From assembly GCA_000091205.1 (NCBI GenBank), contig AP006498.2: DNA of 64,000 nucleotides, one strand, 5' to 3'. This DNA comes from Cyanidioschyzon merolae. Lineage: Eukaryota. Below are positions 30,596-41,946 of this stretch, one piece after another. Below the pieces are notes generated by a model that made no database searches, was not told the origin of the DNA, and worked only from the letters and a program-made list of their open reading frames with translations. Both the position numbers and the translations under genes were made by a program. Every line of letters starts with the position of its first letter. The first letter of the stretch is position 1.

Positions 30596-31577
30596 CATTC
30601 TGAAACCGCTCGCGATTGTGTATGATGGAAAGCAACGTTCACAAATAGGCGTGTAGGTGCGTAAAGGCGTATACGCGTCTGTGTGTGCGTCTGCGTATGC
30701 ATTCGTGCATTCCTCTTTGTTACATCGACCTCTTCGCGGGGAGACGAGTGCAAACGTCGCGAACCGGGTGCATAGAGAGAGGCCAATAGCGCACAGTTCG
30801 CTGCGAAAAAGGACCAAGAAACGAGACAAGGTAGATCGACCGTATCTGCATGGCTACACCTGATCGGAGTGCACCCTTCTGCAAACGATGCGGTTTGGTT
30901 CAGATCGTAGGCACCCAAAGTCATGCGCCTTGGTGAGAGCGTTTCATGGTGCAGAGCAGTCGCGCTCGCCTTGTCCCGTGTCGTCTATTTGTGATCAGGG
31001 CAAGTGCGAGGCGTCCAGCAGCGCACAGAGTTCAACGCTCGACTAGGTCGCTCGGCTCGTACACTCTGTGGTATTGTTGTTGTGACTGCGGTTGCCGTGC
31101 TCTGGGGAATCAGCGACAAGCCGCGAGCATTCCATCTGGGGATGGTTTTACGAAACGTCTTCTCTTTGCTGAACCCCGGCGGGTTGGCACTTGAAAGGAC
31201 TCCACAGGGCAAGTGAACGCGTACGAGCACCAGCGCGTCTTCAATCGTGTGCGGGCACTTGTGGAAAACGCGACGCCGACTGGACTTGCAGGATGCATCA
31301 AGCTGTTCATCGCGAGTTTCGATCGCGCAAGGAATCAAGAACGACACGGTGCTTGCATGACAGCTAGCCTCGAAAGCGATGAACAAAACACCACCGATCG
31401 AGGCCTAACATTGCAGTGACGCAATAACGGATCATGAACGGCATTGTGCTTGCATCAAAAGGTCGTACCTGGTTGGCCTGGAACTTTGGCGCTGCCTCCA
31501 CAACGATAACTCTCGGAGCCACCACCATAAAATGAAATTGCGTGCTTCTTCACTTGATACCCGAGCGCACATGCGCT

Positions 31578-32555
31578 TCAGCATATGTGCTCCGTGGCGA
31601 GCACACAAAGGATGCCACTGACCAAGCCAGTCATTTGCCAGAGCGTGCGCTGCATATGCTTTCGACGTGGACTCGCGAAAGTTTTCGTTGCTCCCTGATG
31701 AACCGGAGCGAAGAACGGTACAGTTTGTTGCATCTGAGATAGCAGATTCGTTGTGGCGAGGTAGAGGAGTCCACCTGCGGCGAACGGGGCTACTCGCCGT
31801 TGGACAGAAGCGAGCATCATCGGAACAGAAGCATCCAAGGATTCGCCTAGTCGATATCCAAGCATCCAGTATCCACAAAAGACGACCAGTGCACCAGCAA
31901 CAGCACTCAGCGAACATACCAGGTTCAGGTAGAGCGCCCGGAACGGGGTAAAACCTGCCTGTACGAGCACCAGGTAGTCACTGATCTCCTGCGGGAGCTC
32001 GTGCAGCCATACCGCAACCGTCGTGATGATCCCGTTTCTTCGTTGTGTCAGAAAGGCAGCTGCAATCGCCAGCCCGTCGACAAAGTTGTGGACACCGTCG
32101 GCGATAAGATTCAACCAACCCACTGGTGCAACAGGTGCCTTGGACGCGCTCGAAGCAGGTCGCTTGCCGTCAGCAGTCGCTTCAACGGTAGCGTTTGGAG
32201 TCGCACTTAGGTGCAGCCACTGTACGAACTTCTCCAGAAGAAAAAACGTGACGAGTCCAGTCAGCATGCCGCCCGCAGTCACGTGATCGTGAGCGTGGTG
32301 GTGCACACTTTCGTGGTGCGCCGCGACCTCGGCCCCCGCAAAGCACCTCGGCAGCAGGTGGAACACGACGTCAGCCAGGAGTGCTCCGGCAGCGAATCCA
32401 CTTCCGATGTCGCTTAGTGGCATCGACCACGGGGAAGCGCGCCGCACGACTCGCTTCCCGAGCGGTAGACATAGCAGTGCTGCAGCTGCGGTAGCCGACG
32501 CCGACACCAACGCCCCCGCCACCGACTCCAGGAACGCACGCCAGACCTGGAGCAT
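31578..32555 (-). CDS. ZIP-family (Zrt/Irt-like, ZupT-type) metal cation transporter
   Basis: 325-aa ORF; HNFVDGLAIAAAF and HELPQEISDYLVL signature helices of the ZIP family, His-rich loop HHESVHHHAHDH, multiple TM helices. Confidence 0.75.
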   Translation of the reverse strand: MLQVWRAFLESVAGALVSASATAAAALLCLPLGKRVVRRASPWSMPLSDIGSGFAAGALLADVVFHLLPRCFAGAEVAAHHESVHHHAHDHVTAGGMLTGLVTFFLLEKFVQWLHLSATPNATVEATADGKRPASSASKAPVAPVGWLNLIADGVHNFVDGLAIAAAFLTQRRNGIITTVAVWLHELPQEISDYLVLVQAGFTPFRALYLNLVCSLSAVAGALVVFCGYWMLGYRLGESLDASVPMMLASVQRRVAPFAAGGLLYLATTNLLSQMQQTVPFFAPVHQGATKTFASPRRKHMQRTLWQMTGLVSGILCVLATEHIC

Positions 32556-34759
32556 GTTGCAGGTAGCGTCTTTTGAAGCGTTCGACGGCTAACGCTCGGG
32601 CACGCAAACTGCACCAGGGACCTAATCAAAGTCTGGAACAACAATACCACCGATAACGGCAGTAGCGCGACCTGGAGGCGCCAGCGTTCCGAGCAGCACG
32701 CTCTGGTGCTGGTCTCCCGTCCATGCCTCTGGGGCGACGCCTGCGGATATGCAGCAAACGGTGTCGGTGCGGCGGGAGTCAGCGCCAGATATTGCACATC
32801 TAGTCACATACTGCACAGCATTCGAACACCCTGTGTCGTGCAGTGATGCCAGGCTCATGGCACATGAAGCAAGGAGGTCGTTCGGGATCATGATCGAGAC
32901 GCGAACCTCGCAATCGAGCGTTTCGCTGGTGGTGTATTCACCATTGCGACGCTTTCGGTTGTCGCAAGACGGCGTTTCCAACGTCGAGGTTACTCATTTC
33001 TATTGCCGTCTGGCTGTTGGTTGCCTGGTTTCACAGTACACAAAAATGAACCTGTGGAGGAAGAACCGTTATGCAGTTTGATTTGTTGGTTTTCACGTCG
33101 CAGGCGGGCCACGCACTGCGGCACGATCACGCGTCGTGCAGCACCGACATGAGGCACTTGATCCTACGCTGACAATACTTGAAGCGTCGTGACTTCAAGG
33201 ATCATCACAAACGATACAGACACGTCCTGGATGCGTCTGCAAACCATTCTTATCGTGCGAGTTCAACGTGTCTGCGCAGGATCTCCCCAGATACGGGATT
33301 GCTGGCGGCGACCGGCGAAGAAAAGCGTACCGTTCTGTTGCGGAAGCTCTCGGGAATCACGAGGTTGCGATCCATGTTCTCGTTGGCAAGAAGGCGGAAA
33401 TGGATCCCGAAGGCCTCTGAATGCCGAACTGACAGCGGATGCTTCGAGCGACACTGGAACGGCTGGATCTGTCGTCGTCCTATGATGACGGGGCAGGCTT
33501 CGCCATGCCTTAACGGGCGTCAATGCGCGCTTCGGAAATCCACAGCGCTTCACCGAGTGTTGATTACTCCACTGCTACGCCGAAATGGTGCGCCTGGCAC
33601 GACAACACAACGCAGACACCGCTGATGCCTTCTCCGGACAGCAGCGAATCCATCGATCACCGACGATGGTAGCCGCGGTTTACGGAGCGTGTTGCAAGCG
33701 GGATGGAATTATCTTGGAAGAGACGCTCTCCGTGAGGCCTCTATACGGGTTCTTCGCTGCATCATCATCGGTTCAATGCGACGAATCGATACGTTCTGGC
33801 GATCGAACGAGGTTCGCATGGGTACTGATTGAAGCCAGGACACGTGAAGAGATGCATGATGTGGAAACGGATCTACCGACTGTGCCCTTGTACGGAATAT
33901 CGCCTTATCGAATGGCATGGATACCAGCAGCGCTCGATGAAAGCAGGTCTCCAGGTAATGGACAGCGACGAGGTCGGTTTCGCCCGAGTCAGCGCTCACT
34001 GGGGGTAGAGGCGGCAGCTGTCGCGAACGAGAACCTGTCTTAAGCTCTCCGTTGCGGTTGCTGAACACGATGGAAGCTCGAATGTTTTGTGCTTATCGAA
34101 ACGCCTATCGCGTACGCTCGTCCAAGTTGGAGTCTGCCTTGCCGATCACGCCGCCAACGCCATTTTTCCTAGCAATGACTCCTGCCTTGACGCTATGAGC
34201 GTCATCGTCGTTTGGCACTGTCAACAGCGTGTTTTGTACAACATCGTATCCGCTCAAGCCCCCAGTGCATACCTGGACGGTTCCTTCTGCAATAACGATC
34301 TTGGTGTGCTGGTCCGGAGACTTGGCTCCACAGGGCGTCTGATCGCCGAGCACGGGCGCACAGCTCGAGCTGCGCTTTCGAGGGCGCCGCCGTCGAGGCA
34401 ATCTTGCTGACGTGTCCGATTGGATCCGTGCACGCGCCGCGATGCCGCCGGATGCGTGAGCGCCACGTGTCGGCAATCAGCCAGGTGGCGCACGCACGAT
34501 GCGCTGTTTTTGGTGCTGCGGACACGTCACGATCTGGAATTCACTGTAACCGTCCATCAATCGCATCGCGGTAGCGATGCTGACGCACGCCGTCTCGATC
34601 GAAAGCATTTGCGCAACGATGCAAATCGTTCAAATCTGAAGTGTTTTCCCTTGAACACTTCCGGTGTAGGGTAAACTGAAGCTTATGGCTAGAGTCGTCG
34701 CGCAACGTTCATGAAAAGGGCGTAAACAATCGCACCTGTTTGCGATATGGCTCGGCGCT

Positions 34760-35554
34760 ATGCTCCGCTTTACCTCAGTACAGTCGTTGACGGCACGTCT
34801 AGCCGCAACGGTCGTGGGTTTACCGCCAACCAAGCCCCTAGTCTTTCCACGGGAGACTGTGAGCGAAACGAGCACAGGCATAGGCGTGGATAGCGACGAA
34901 CTAGGACCAATCGCCCCGGTTCGCGTCGCAACCACCGAGCACCATCGCACCTGGGCGCGTCCAGTGGTGTCGTCGAGGGACCTCGCACCGAACGACACTG
35001 GACCTTGTTTGAAAAAGTCACAGGTCTGCCCCAGGTGTGGCAAGGCGTTATCTGGGCGCGGAAGCGTGCACAGGCATATCCGCGTTGTCCACTTAAACCG
35101 TAGGGATCATATCTGCCAAGTCTGCTGCGCCCAGTTTTCAGAGCGCAATGCCCTACGTCGCCATGTCCGTGCCGTCCACGAGAAGCGCTTCGAGTACATA
35201 TGCAAGGTGTGCAATGCCCAATATCGCTCGGCGAAAGGATTACACGTTCACTATCGTTCCAAACATTTGGGCCTTCGTCCTTTCCAGTGTTTGTTTTGCG
35301 AGAAACGCTTTGTGAGCGCCGTCCACCGTGAAACGCACGTACGCGCCGTGCACATGAACCTGCGCGAGCACGGCTGTCCACACTGCGCCTATCGAACAAC
35401 GACGCGCGTCGGCCTCTTGTCGCACATTCGAAGGATGCATGATGGTGTAGAACGACAGCCATGTCCGGAGTGCATTCGTGAATTCCGTTTCAGTGAATCG
35501 TTAAGGAAACACTTGCGTCAATTTCATCGCTGGCAAGATGACGATTTCTGGTGA
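34760..35554 (+). CDS. C2H2 zinc-finger protein with six tandem fingers
   Basis: CPRCGKALSGRGSVHRHIRVVH, CQVCCAQFSERNALRRHVRAVH, CKVCNAQYRSAKGLHVHYRSKH, CLFCEKRFVSAVHRETHVRAVH, CPHCAYRTTTRVGLLSHIRRMH, CPECIREFRFSESLRKHLRQFH. Confidence 0.7.
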   Translation: MLRFTSVQSLTARLAATVVGLPPTKPLVFPRETVSETSTGIGVDSDELGPIAPVRVATTEHHRTWARPVVSSRDLAPNDTGPCLKKSQVCPRCGKALSGRGSVHRHIRVVHLNRRDHICQVCCAQFSERNALRRHVRAVHEKRFEYICKVCNAQYRSAKGLHVHYRSKHLGLRPFQCLFCEKRFVSAVHRETHVRAVHMNLREHGCPHCAYRTTTRVGLLSHIRRMHDGVERQPCPECIREFRFSESLRKHLRQFHRWQDDDFW

Positions 35555-36262
35555 ACAATTGCAGTGTGATCACGTCCGATGTGCCACGGGGCGGCCGTCC
35601 CCTGCCATGCATTCGTCTGGCTGGACGCTGGGTCGATGCGCTCGTGGCATGTGGCATCCATGGTTTTTGGGTTTTACAGGTGCAAAGTTGATGCTGATGC
35701 CAAGTGGAACACGAGAAGGTATCGAATGAGACTTGCGGTTTTGTGCAAGCGCCGATACTGATGCGTGGGATGCTGTGCTAGGGATGCCGCTGCCGCGGCA
35801 GCAACAGCATCCTCATGTTCGGAGCGATTTTAACGGGCGGCTGTTTGCATTCAACTAGCAGTATCGGCACGGAGAACTGAAGATTCGACTTCGAATGCTC
35901 CGATTGGCAACCATTAAGAGACGCTTTCCCCGAGATCGAGGCAATTCGTGCGTTTACGCCTCATCTGCGATCGACAGGGCAGCACATTCTGGATACCTAT
36001 TGCGCGTCACGTTTCGACAATGACGCTCGAAAGGTCGACCATTCTGTGTGTGCCCCTTCGACGTCGTCCGTGCAACACGAGCGTCCGCGAAGCAACGCAC
36101 ATCACCGGATCCAATACTTGCCTGAACGCAGATACCCATCGTGCTTCCCAGGATCCAAACTAGATTCACTGATCCAACACAATAAAGAAATCCCCCGATC
36201 AAGAGCGTCCGTTGATCGCACCATTCGCTACCGGGTCGCGTGTGAAACGCTCTGAGCAAGAC

Positions 36263-37732
36263 TCAGTGCTGGTCCTTTGAGATCGGTATCCGATCCTGGC
36301 GGCTTTCGCGCTCCTCGTTGGGATCGTCACGTATTTCGAGCCGATACATCCGCACCATTTCCGGATTATCCTTTTCGGTGTACCAGTATTCCACAAAACG
36401 TCCGTCGGGGCTCTCGATTCGCTCGACATCGAGCTCGTCAAGATCGACCTCGCCAGGGCGATTTCGAAGTCGACTGACAAAATCATCGTTTCCGTTCATC
36501 CGAAAGAAGGATTCCTCGTCTTCATCGATGCTTGGTGTGAAGAGGCGGTGATCATTGGCCCTGCGCGATGCTACCGCGAAAGCATTGTTCGCATCTCGGA
36601 TGATCGGTTCTGGATGGTGCGGTTTCGGGTTGAAGCGCTCGTGCTCTTGCCGAATCATGTAACTGCGCAACAGCATTGCGCCACAAAACTGCACAGCTCG
36701 TAGAAACCACGGGTTCCTTATCAGCGCTTGAAGCGGTGAACGAGGATACCGCTCATCTGCTCGAGAGCGGCGCTTGTCATAGATGTAGACCAGCACCTGG
36801 GTATCCTCAGGTCCCGTTTCCATGCCGAATAAATCTGCTTCCAACGGGAAAACGAATCGACGAATCCCATCGTAAAGCTGCGTAATCCATGGCGTATCGT
36901 CTGGTAGCTTTCGCTCGCCGGTTTCCTCTATCACCGGGCATTTGCTGGAATTCTCTGCGACAAAGACGGGAAACCGGACGGCTTTTAGCGGCCCAGTGAG
37001 ACGTTCAATAAGTAAGTACACGTAGTCACGACGACCGCGGACGTATTCGGGGTAGCTCAGCGAGTCAGGCGGCAATGATTGACCATGGGTAAAGACTACC
37101 ATCATGTGGCGAAGCACTTCTGCCCCGAAAAATTCCATCAGAACTTTCCAATTGTGGTAATCAACTAGATCAGGGCGGGTGTCATCGAGACGCATGACGT
37201 AGAGAATAGCGTGGAAGGAACGCAGATAAGGATGCTCATCCGCACCCCGAGCGTCGAGGAGCTTTCGAAGCCGTTGGACCTGCCGTCGACTAGCTTCTAG
37301 GCCGCTGCGTCTACAAGGTGCTATCCCTGGGGTATCAATGAACTCGATCACCACGGAGTCGACTTGTCGAGCACATACTTGCGCGTTTTTCGTTCCCCGC
37401 TCCCACGCAGACACAGAGCACAGGTTCTCGTTCAGGAGCGTGTTGATCAGGGACGACTTGCCAACACCAGGTGCTCCCACGACCAGAAATCGCAGCCGTG
37501 GCACTCCTTGTCGTTCCGCTGCCAGTGCGAGACGCAGAATCGCTTGAGCAGTCGGCTCGGGTACGTCCTCAAGTGCAAGCACTTGCTCTTCGTAAACGTC
37601 AGAGTCTTCTAGAGGATAGGCAAAGGTTCCGTTTTTCCTGAACAGCGAAACAGGCCGCTGGGTAACTTGCCCAGTTCGATCTGGTGAAGCACGCTGTTCC
37701 GCTTCATTCTTGGTAGGCGTCTCCGAGTCCAT
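36263..37732 (-). CDS. Toc34-family (AIG1-type) GTPase, plastid outer-envelope import receptor-like, with about 170-aa C-terminal extension
   Basis: LVVGAPGVGKSSLINTLL (P-loop), IEFIDTPGIA (G3), AILYVMRLDDTRPDLVDYH..VLMEFFGAEVLRHMMVVFTHGQSLPPDSLSYPEYV..PVFVAENSSKCP matches Toc33/34 G-domain pattern (ILYV.RLD, VLTHAQ..PPDGL.Y, ILVENS..C). Confidence 0.65.
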   Translation of the reverse strand: MDSETPTKNEAEQRASPDRTGQVTQRPVSLFRKNGTFAYPLEDSDVYEEQVLALEDVPEPTAQAILRLALAAERQGVPRLRFLVVGAPGVGKSSLINTLLNENLCSVSAWERGTKNAQVCARQVDSVVIEFIDTPGIAPCRRSGLEASRRQVQRLRKLLDARGADEHPYLRSFHAILYVMRLDDTRPDLVDYHNWKVLMEFFGAEVLRHMMVVFTHGQSLPPDSLSYPEYVRGRRDYVYLLIERLTGPLKAVRFPVFVAENSSKCPVIEETGERKLPDDTPWITQLYDGIRRFVFPLEADLFGMETGPEDTQVLVYIYDKRRSRADERYPRSPLQALIRNPWFLRAVQFCGAMLLRSYMIRQEHERFNPKPHHPEPIIRDANNAFAVASRRANDHRLFTPSIDEDEESFFRMNGNDDFVSRLRNRPGEVDLDELDVERIESPDGRFVEYWYTEKDNPEMVRMYRLEIRDDPNEERESRQDRIPISKDQH

Positions 37733-38754
37733 GACCTGATCGGTGGCTAGTCGTATCGATTAGACGCAGTGCGCTCCCGACACATGCAGCCGAGCCATAG
37801 AGCGCAAGCGGTATCGGTGCCGACGCTCTGCCCGGTCCGTGTCAGTCCGTAGACTCTGGTACCGGGGCTATCGCTTGTTATCGGTACACCACCAACGCCC
37901 GGGGATAATCCTAGTGCCAGAGGTCTATATAAGCTTCGCTTGCGGACGCCGCACGCTCCTCGCTGCCGGACTTCTCTGGCAGGCGCAGGCATCTGCGAAT
38001 GGACTGCGTTCGATTGCGTCGGTGCCCAGCAGCGAGGCACTTGTGAAATCGATGGATTCTGGTTGAACAATCGACTCCCATACTGCGAGAATCTGGAGAA
38101 GCGGTGGGTTCCTCACTGGATTACCGAAAATAATTGTGGACTCGGGAGTACCGTGTTCAGATCAAACGATAGATCTTACGCCATGCACTAGAAAACCAGA
38201 TTCGATTGCTAATGGACCGCTGAACTCGTCGCTCTGCTCATGCCTTGCGATCTTTTCCGCAGGTTTTCTAGTTTTCGAGACTGGACCATTGAAATGCTGC
38301 AATTAGAGCTTAAAGGCTCATAGAATTTTTAGGATGCTTGGTCGTCGCGTTTTCGGAGTTGCTTTATCGATTTTTTGTCGCTGGTATTTCGTGAGTTACG
38401 TCCATGAAGATGATTCGTGACATCCTCGAGCAGGGGTTCGTAAATTAACCGATCTCGTTATCAAATGTATGCGAACAAGCCTGTGCTCTTCTCTGCTTGT
38501 GTGTATGATGCTCAAATCGCCTCTTTCTCATGTTTTCGACCAGCTCTTTCTTGGCAACTCGTGTGCGTGGCAACTCGTACACCTGCATCGACAATGGGAA
38601 AAATCAACGTCATCCTTTGACGGCTTGATGACAAGCTCAGACCTAGATCCCACTGCGCCTGTGACGTCAAATCATCGATTCCGTTCGAAACACGAATCCT
38701 GTTCTCTTTGCGGTCAGCGACAAAACGGCATTCCCCAGCAATACGATGCCTTTC

Positions 38755-38843
38755 ACGGGATATGCTCCCAGATGCTCCCGTCTCTTCTGTTTCCTTGGAA
38801 AAGGGACTTGGAGTCCAACGATTGCAACGATCGCCTCGAGTGA
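38755..38843 (+). repeat. copy 1 of a short (about 90-nt) dispersed conserved element; second copy at 57645-57737
   Basis: about 80% identity: CACGGGATATGCTCCCAGATGCTCCCGTCTCTTCTGTTTCCTTGGAAAAGGGACTTGGAGTCCAACGATTGCAACGATCGCC vs AACGGGGTATGCTCTCTGAGGCTGCCGTCTCTTCTGTTTTCTTGGAAAGGGCTTGGATGCGGGTCCAAGTCACCGCTGCGATCGCT. Confidence 0.5.
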
Positions 38844-39754
38844 GGAGGGTGTCACAGCTCTGCGCAGATGCACGTAGACTGAACGAAAACTCGCAACTTG
38901 CACTTCCTCATGTATTCTGCCTCCGGTGCTTGTTCCATAATGGATAGCATCGCGTTCCACAAATTCTCTATCGAGTCAGAGCGCGTGCGCTTGAACGTAT
39001 AGCGGACAGACTGCTCCTCAGGGGTATCGCCTGGTAGGAGCCCGTGATCCTATGGCACGTCATCGGGCCCATGAACAGAGGCGAGCATCGAGTGGAGCCT
39101 TCTGTACCCGCCAAGGTCTTGCACCGAGCGATGAAGCAAGCGTTCTAGCGCCACGCGGCTGCCCTCGGAGCAGACTTGAAAGCCGTCATTGGCGTACAGC
39201 AGCACCTGACCACATCCCAGTCTCACTGCTGCAAACGGCGCGCCGACGCCCTATACGAAGATGCTGTACAATGGCGAGCGAAACGTAGATCGCAACTTCA
39301 GCTTCTGCACGAAATCCGTGAACATCATCGGGAAGCCGCGAAATCCGGACTTGGACGCTCCCATCAACATCCTTCATTTGAGAACACTGGAGCTAGACGG
39401 AAAAATTTAATCGCCGGATTCAAATCCAGAGATGGTACGGAGCAAAAGGAATCAGTCACTGAACTAGCCCCAGATGGCATACGGTGTGCTGGTATCACTA
39501 CGAAACATGCCGCACTTGAGCCTCGGCATCCGTGGTAAACGACCTGTCCATTTGATCTAAATTGACTAGAACGGACACGCCATCGGGAGAAAACTGTATC
39601 CTATCCTTTTTGTACATTTAAATCCATTTATATGCTATAACCTCCCGTTTCTTCAGCGCTCCCTCGTACCAGGGCGCGCTCGAGCGAGCGGCGCGCAGGC
39701 GCGCCCGGAGATCGACGGCCGCCGCACGGGATCGACGCTGTACGCTGCGCCCAC

Positions 39755-41266
39755 ATGACGCGAAGCAAGTTCACGCCTGGTCCGTTCCCGTGTGGCGTCA
39801 TGTTTGTTGCATCGAATAGCATTGGAACGTCGTTATTTGTGACAGGAAAGACCCATGTTCGGCATTTGCAACCTCTAGCAAAAAACGCCGGCAGCTGCAG
39901 TGCAAAGAATACTCGAAGGAAATCGAGGATGCAAGCAGGCGCTACCACGCTCAAAGCGGTTGCCTCGGAGCGCCGTTTGTGCACGCAGCGCTCCGAAGAG
40001 ATCATGCGTGACGCCGTCAACGTTATGCCCGGAGGCGTATCTTCCCCGGTGCGAGCTTTCCGATCTGTTGGCGGGAACCCAATCGTTTTTGAGTCGACGA
40101 AGGGGAGCAAGATAGTTGACGTGGACGGCAACGAGTATATCGACTACGTCCTTTCTTTTGGACCTTCTGTTGTCGGCAGCGCGAATGACGAAGTTATCGA
40201 GGCGGTATCTACGCAGGCTCGTAAAGGGCTATCGTTCGGAGCGCCCTCTTACCTTGAGAATCAACTAGCGCACGCGATTATCGATGCTGTTCCCAGCGCC
40301 GAGATGGTGCGTTTCGTGAGCAGCGGCACCGAGGCATGCATTTCGGCGGCTCGCTTGATGCGAGCCTATACTGGTCGCGAAAAAATCATCAAGATGACGG
40401 GATGTTACCACGGACATGGTGATAGTTTCCTGGTATCAGCTGGTTCAGGTGTGGCGACACTCGGACTGTCGGATTCACCTGGTGTGCTGAAGAGCGTTGC
40501 TTCGGCAACCATCGTTGTCCCGTACAATAACATTGAAGCCATTCGGGAAGTTTTCCGAAAGCACCAGGGAGAGATCGCTGGTGTCTTCCTCGAACCAGTA
40601 GTCGGAAACAGTGGCTTCATCGAACCACTGCCGGGGTATTTGGCGGAGCTCCGGGAGATTACCAAACAGAATGGTGCGCTTTTGCTTTTCGACGAAGTCA
40701 TGACTGGCTTCCGGATTAGCTACGGCGGTGCTCAGAGTCATTTTGATGTCACACCTGATCTGACGACGCTCGGAAAGGTTATTGGCGGGGGCTACCCGGT
40801 GGGTGCGTACGCCGGCCCGCGCCATATCATGGAAACGGTAGCGCCGGCTGGCCCGATGTACCAAGCGGGTACACTGAGTGGCTCTCCAGTCGGCATGGCC
40901 GCTGGCCTGAAAACGCTGGAAATCCTCCGCCGCCCCGGCACCTACGAGTACCTTCAGCGCATCACCCAACGACTTGTCGAGGGGCTCCTCGACGCAGCGC
41001 GCTCCAATGGCCATGAGGCATGTGGTGGGTCGCTTTACTCGATGTTCGGGATGTTCTTTACCAAGGGACCTGTTCACAATTTCGAGGACGCAAAGAAATC
41101 GGACACTGAAAAGTTCAAGAAATTCCATCGTGGAATGTTGGAGGAGGGCGTTTACTTGGCTCCGTCTCAGTTCGAAGCCGGTTTTACGTCGCTTGCGCAC
41201 ACCGAGGACGATATCGAGCGTACTATCGAAGCGGCTCGTCGTGTGCTCGCGCGTATTCCGGCCTGA
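39755..41266 (+). CDS. hemL: glutamate-1-semialdehyde 2,1-aminomutase (C5 pathway of tetrapyrrole synthesis), with N-terminal presequence; likely start at Met 39929
   Basis: [137 protein letters not shown] match GSA-AT (class-III PLP aminotransferase) throughout. Confidence 0.85.
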   Translation: MTRSKFTPGPFPCGVMFVASNSIGTSLFVTGKTHVRHLQPLAKNAGSCSAKNTRRKSRMQAGATTLKAVASERRLCTQRSEEIMRDAVNVMPGGVSSPVRAFRSVGGNPIVFESTKGSKIVDVDGNEYIDYVLSFGPSVVGSANDEVIEAVSTQARKGLSFGAPSYLENQLAHAIIDAVPSAEMVRFVSSGTEACISAARLMRAYTGREKIIKMTGCYHGHGDSFLVSAGSGVATLGLSDSPGVLKSVASATIVVPYNNIEAIREVFRKHQGEIAGVFLEPVVGNSGFIEPLPGYLAELREITKQNGALLLFDEVMTGFRISYGGAQSHFDVTPDLTTLGKVIGGGYPVGAYAGPRHIMETVAPAGPMYQAGTLSGSPVGMAAGLKTLEILRRPGTYEYLQRITQRLVEGLLDAARSNGHEACGGSLYSMFGMFFTKGPVHNFEDAKKSDTEKFKKFHRGMLEEGVYLAPSQFEAGFTSLAHTEDDIERTIEAARRVLARIPA

Positions 41267-41946
41267 GAACCCGTGAAAAGCGATTTCCACCTAGCCTCTG
41301 CACCGCTGTTCCGGAACCATGTCGTAGACGGCACCTGATTTGCCAAACAGTTGAAACCGTGTGCACAGTGCCGTGCAGTAGACAAGAGCCCAAAACGAAG
41401 CATCGCTCTTGAATGAAAATGAGGCCGCAATGAAATCTGTAAACCGAGGAGCGTTATGTACCCGTGCGTCAAGGGTTCGAAAGGTGGATGAAAAGCGTTG
41501 GCAAACGCGAAAGCTGCCTGTGCACCTCACTGTATCCGTTGTTTCAGCACCGGTGATGTTTGCAGCGTAGGTGTCCCGCTCGCGATCGATGTCAACGCTG
41601 CGATCTGTTATCAATCGAGCGCAGAGCCAGGTCTCGTCAGCCTTTGAAATGGCACCAGACGGCGTATCTCAGAGCGAACAACGCGTCTCTCGAAGCACGA
41701 CTCGAATGATGAAGCGTCGACATCTGCTGTGCACAGTACGGATGCGAGTTCGAGGTGTCTCTGTGTGGCCGTCCGGGCATAGCCGCCCGGTGCGCCCCGA
41801 CTGGTACCGTACCGAAGCCTCGGTACTTGATGGAGCGACTCTTTACAGCTACCACACAAGAGCGATACGCAAGAGTCTCGGCTGGTACTGAGTAGCACCA
41901 CGCTTCGTATCTCCGGGTTGCAATGTCCATGATGCAGAGCGCGTGA

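Noticed and set aside
24281-30635. Numerous 60-220-aa antisense/alternate-frame ORFs inside the Sec7 gene (e.g. 24281..24715 minus, 25971..26408 minus, 29675..30235 minus, 29967..30635 minus) and similar ones inside the Nup, uL2 (16331..16987 minus), hemL (39628..40131 minus; 40475..41290 minus) and PDS genes
   Set aside because: Expected stop-codon-poor frames in about 60% GC coding DNA; Arg/Ala/Ser-rich, no motifs, always overlapping a well-supported gene.
34105-34476. PLD-like HKD-resembling motifs (HTKIVIAEGTVQVCTGG and HSVKAGVIARKNGVGGVIGKADSNLD) in a 123-aa minus-strand ORF within the 2.2-kb gene-free interval 32556-34759
   Set aside because: Spacing deviates from HxK(x)4D(x)6GSxN; the two motifs are only about 40 aa apart; no surrounding PLD-domain context; surrounding frames closed. 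Could be a pseudogene but not supportable.
39640-39760. GC-rich palindrome-dense segment (GGCGCGCTCGAGCGAGCGGCGCGCAGGCGCGCC) just upstream of hemL, with a TATA-like TTTAAATCCATTTATAT at about 39610
   Set aside because: Plausible promoter elements but nothing beyond motif resemblance; cannot be supported without transcript-start data.
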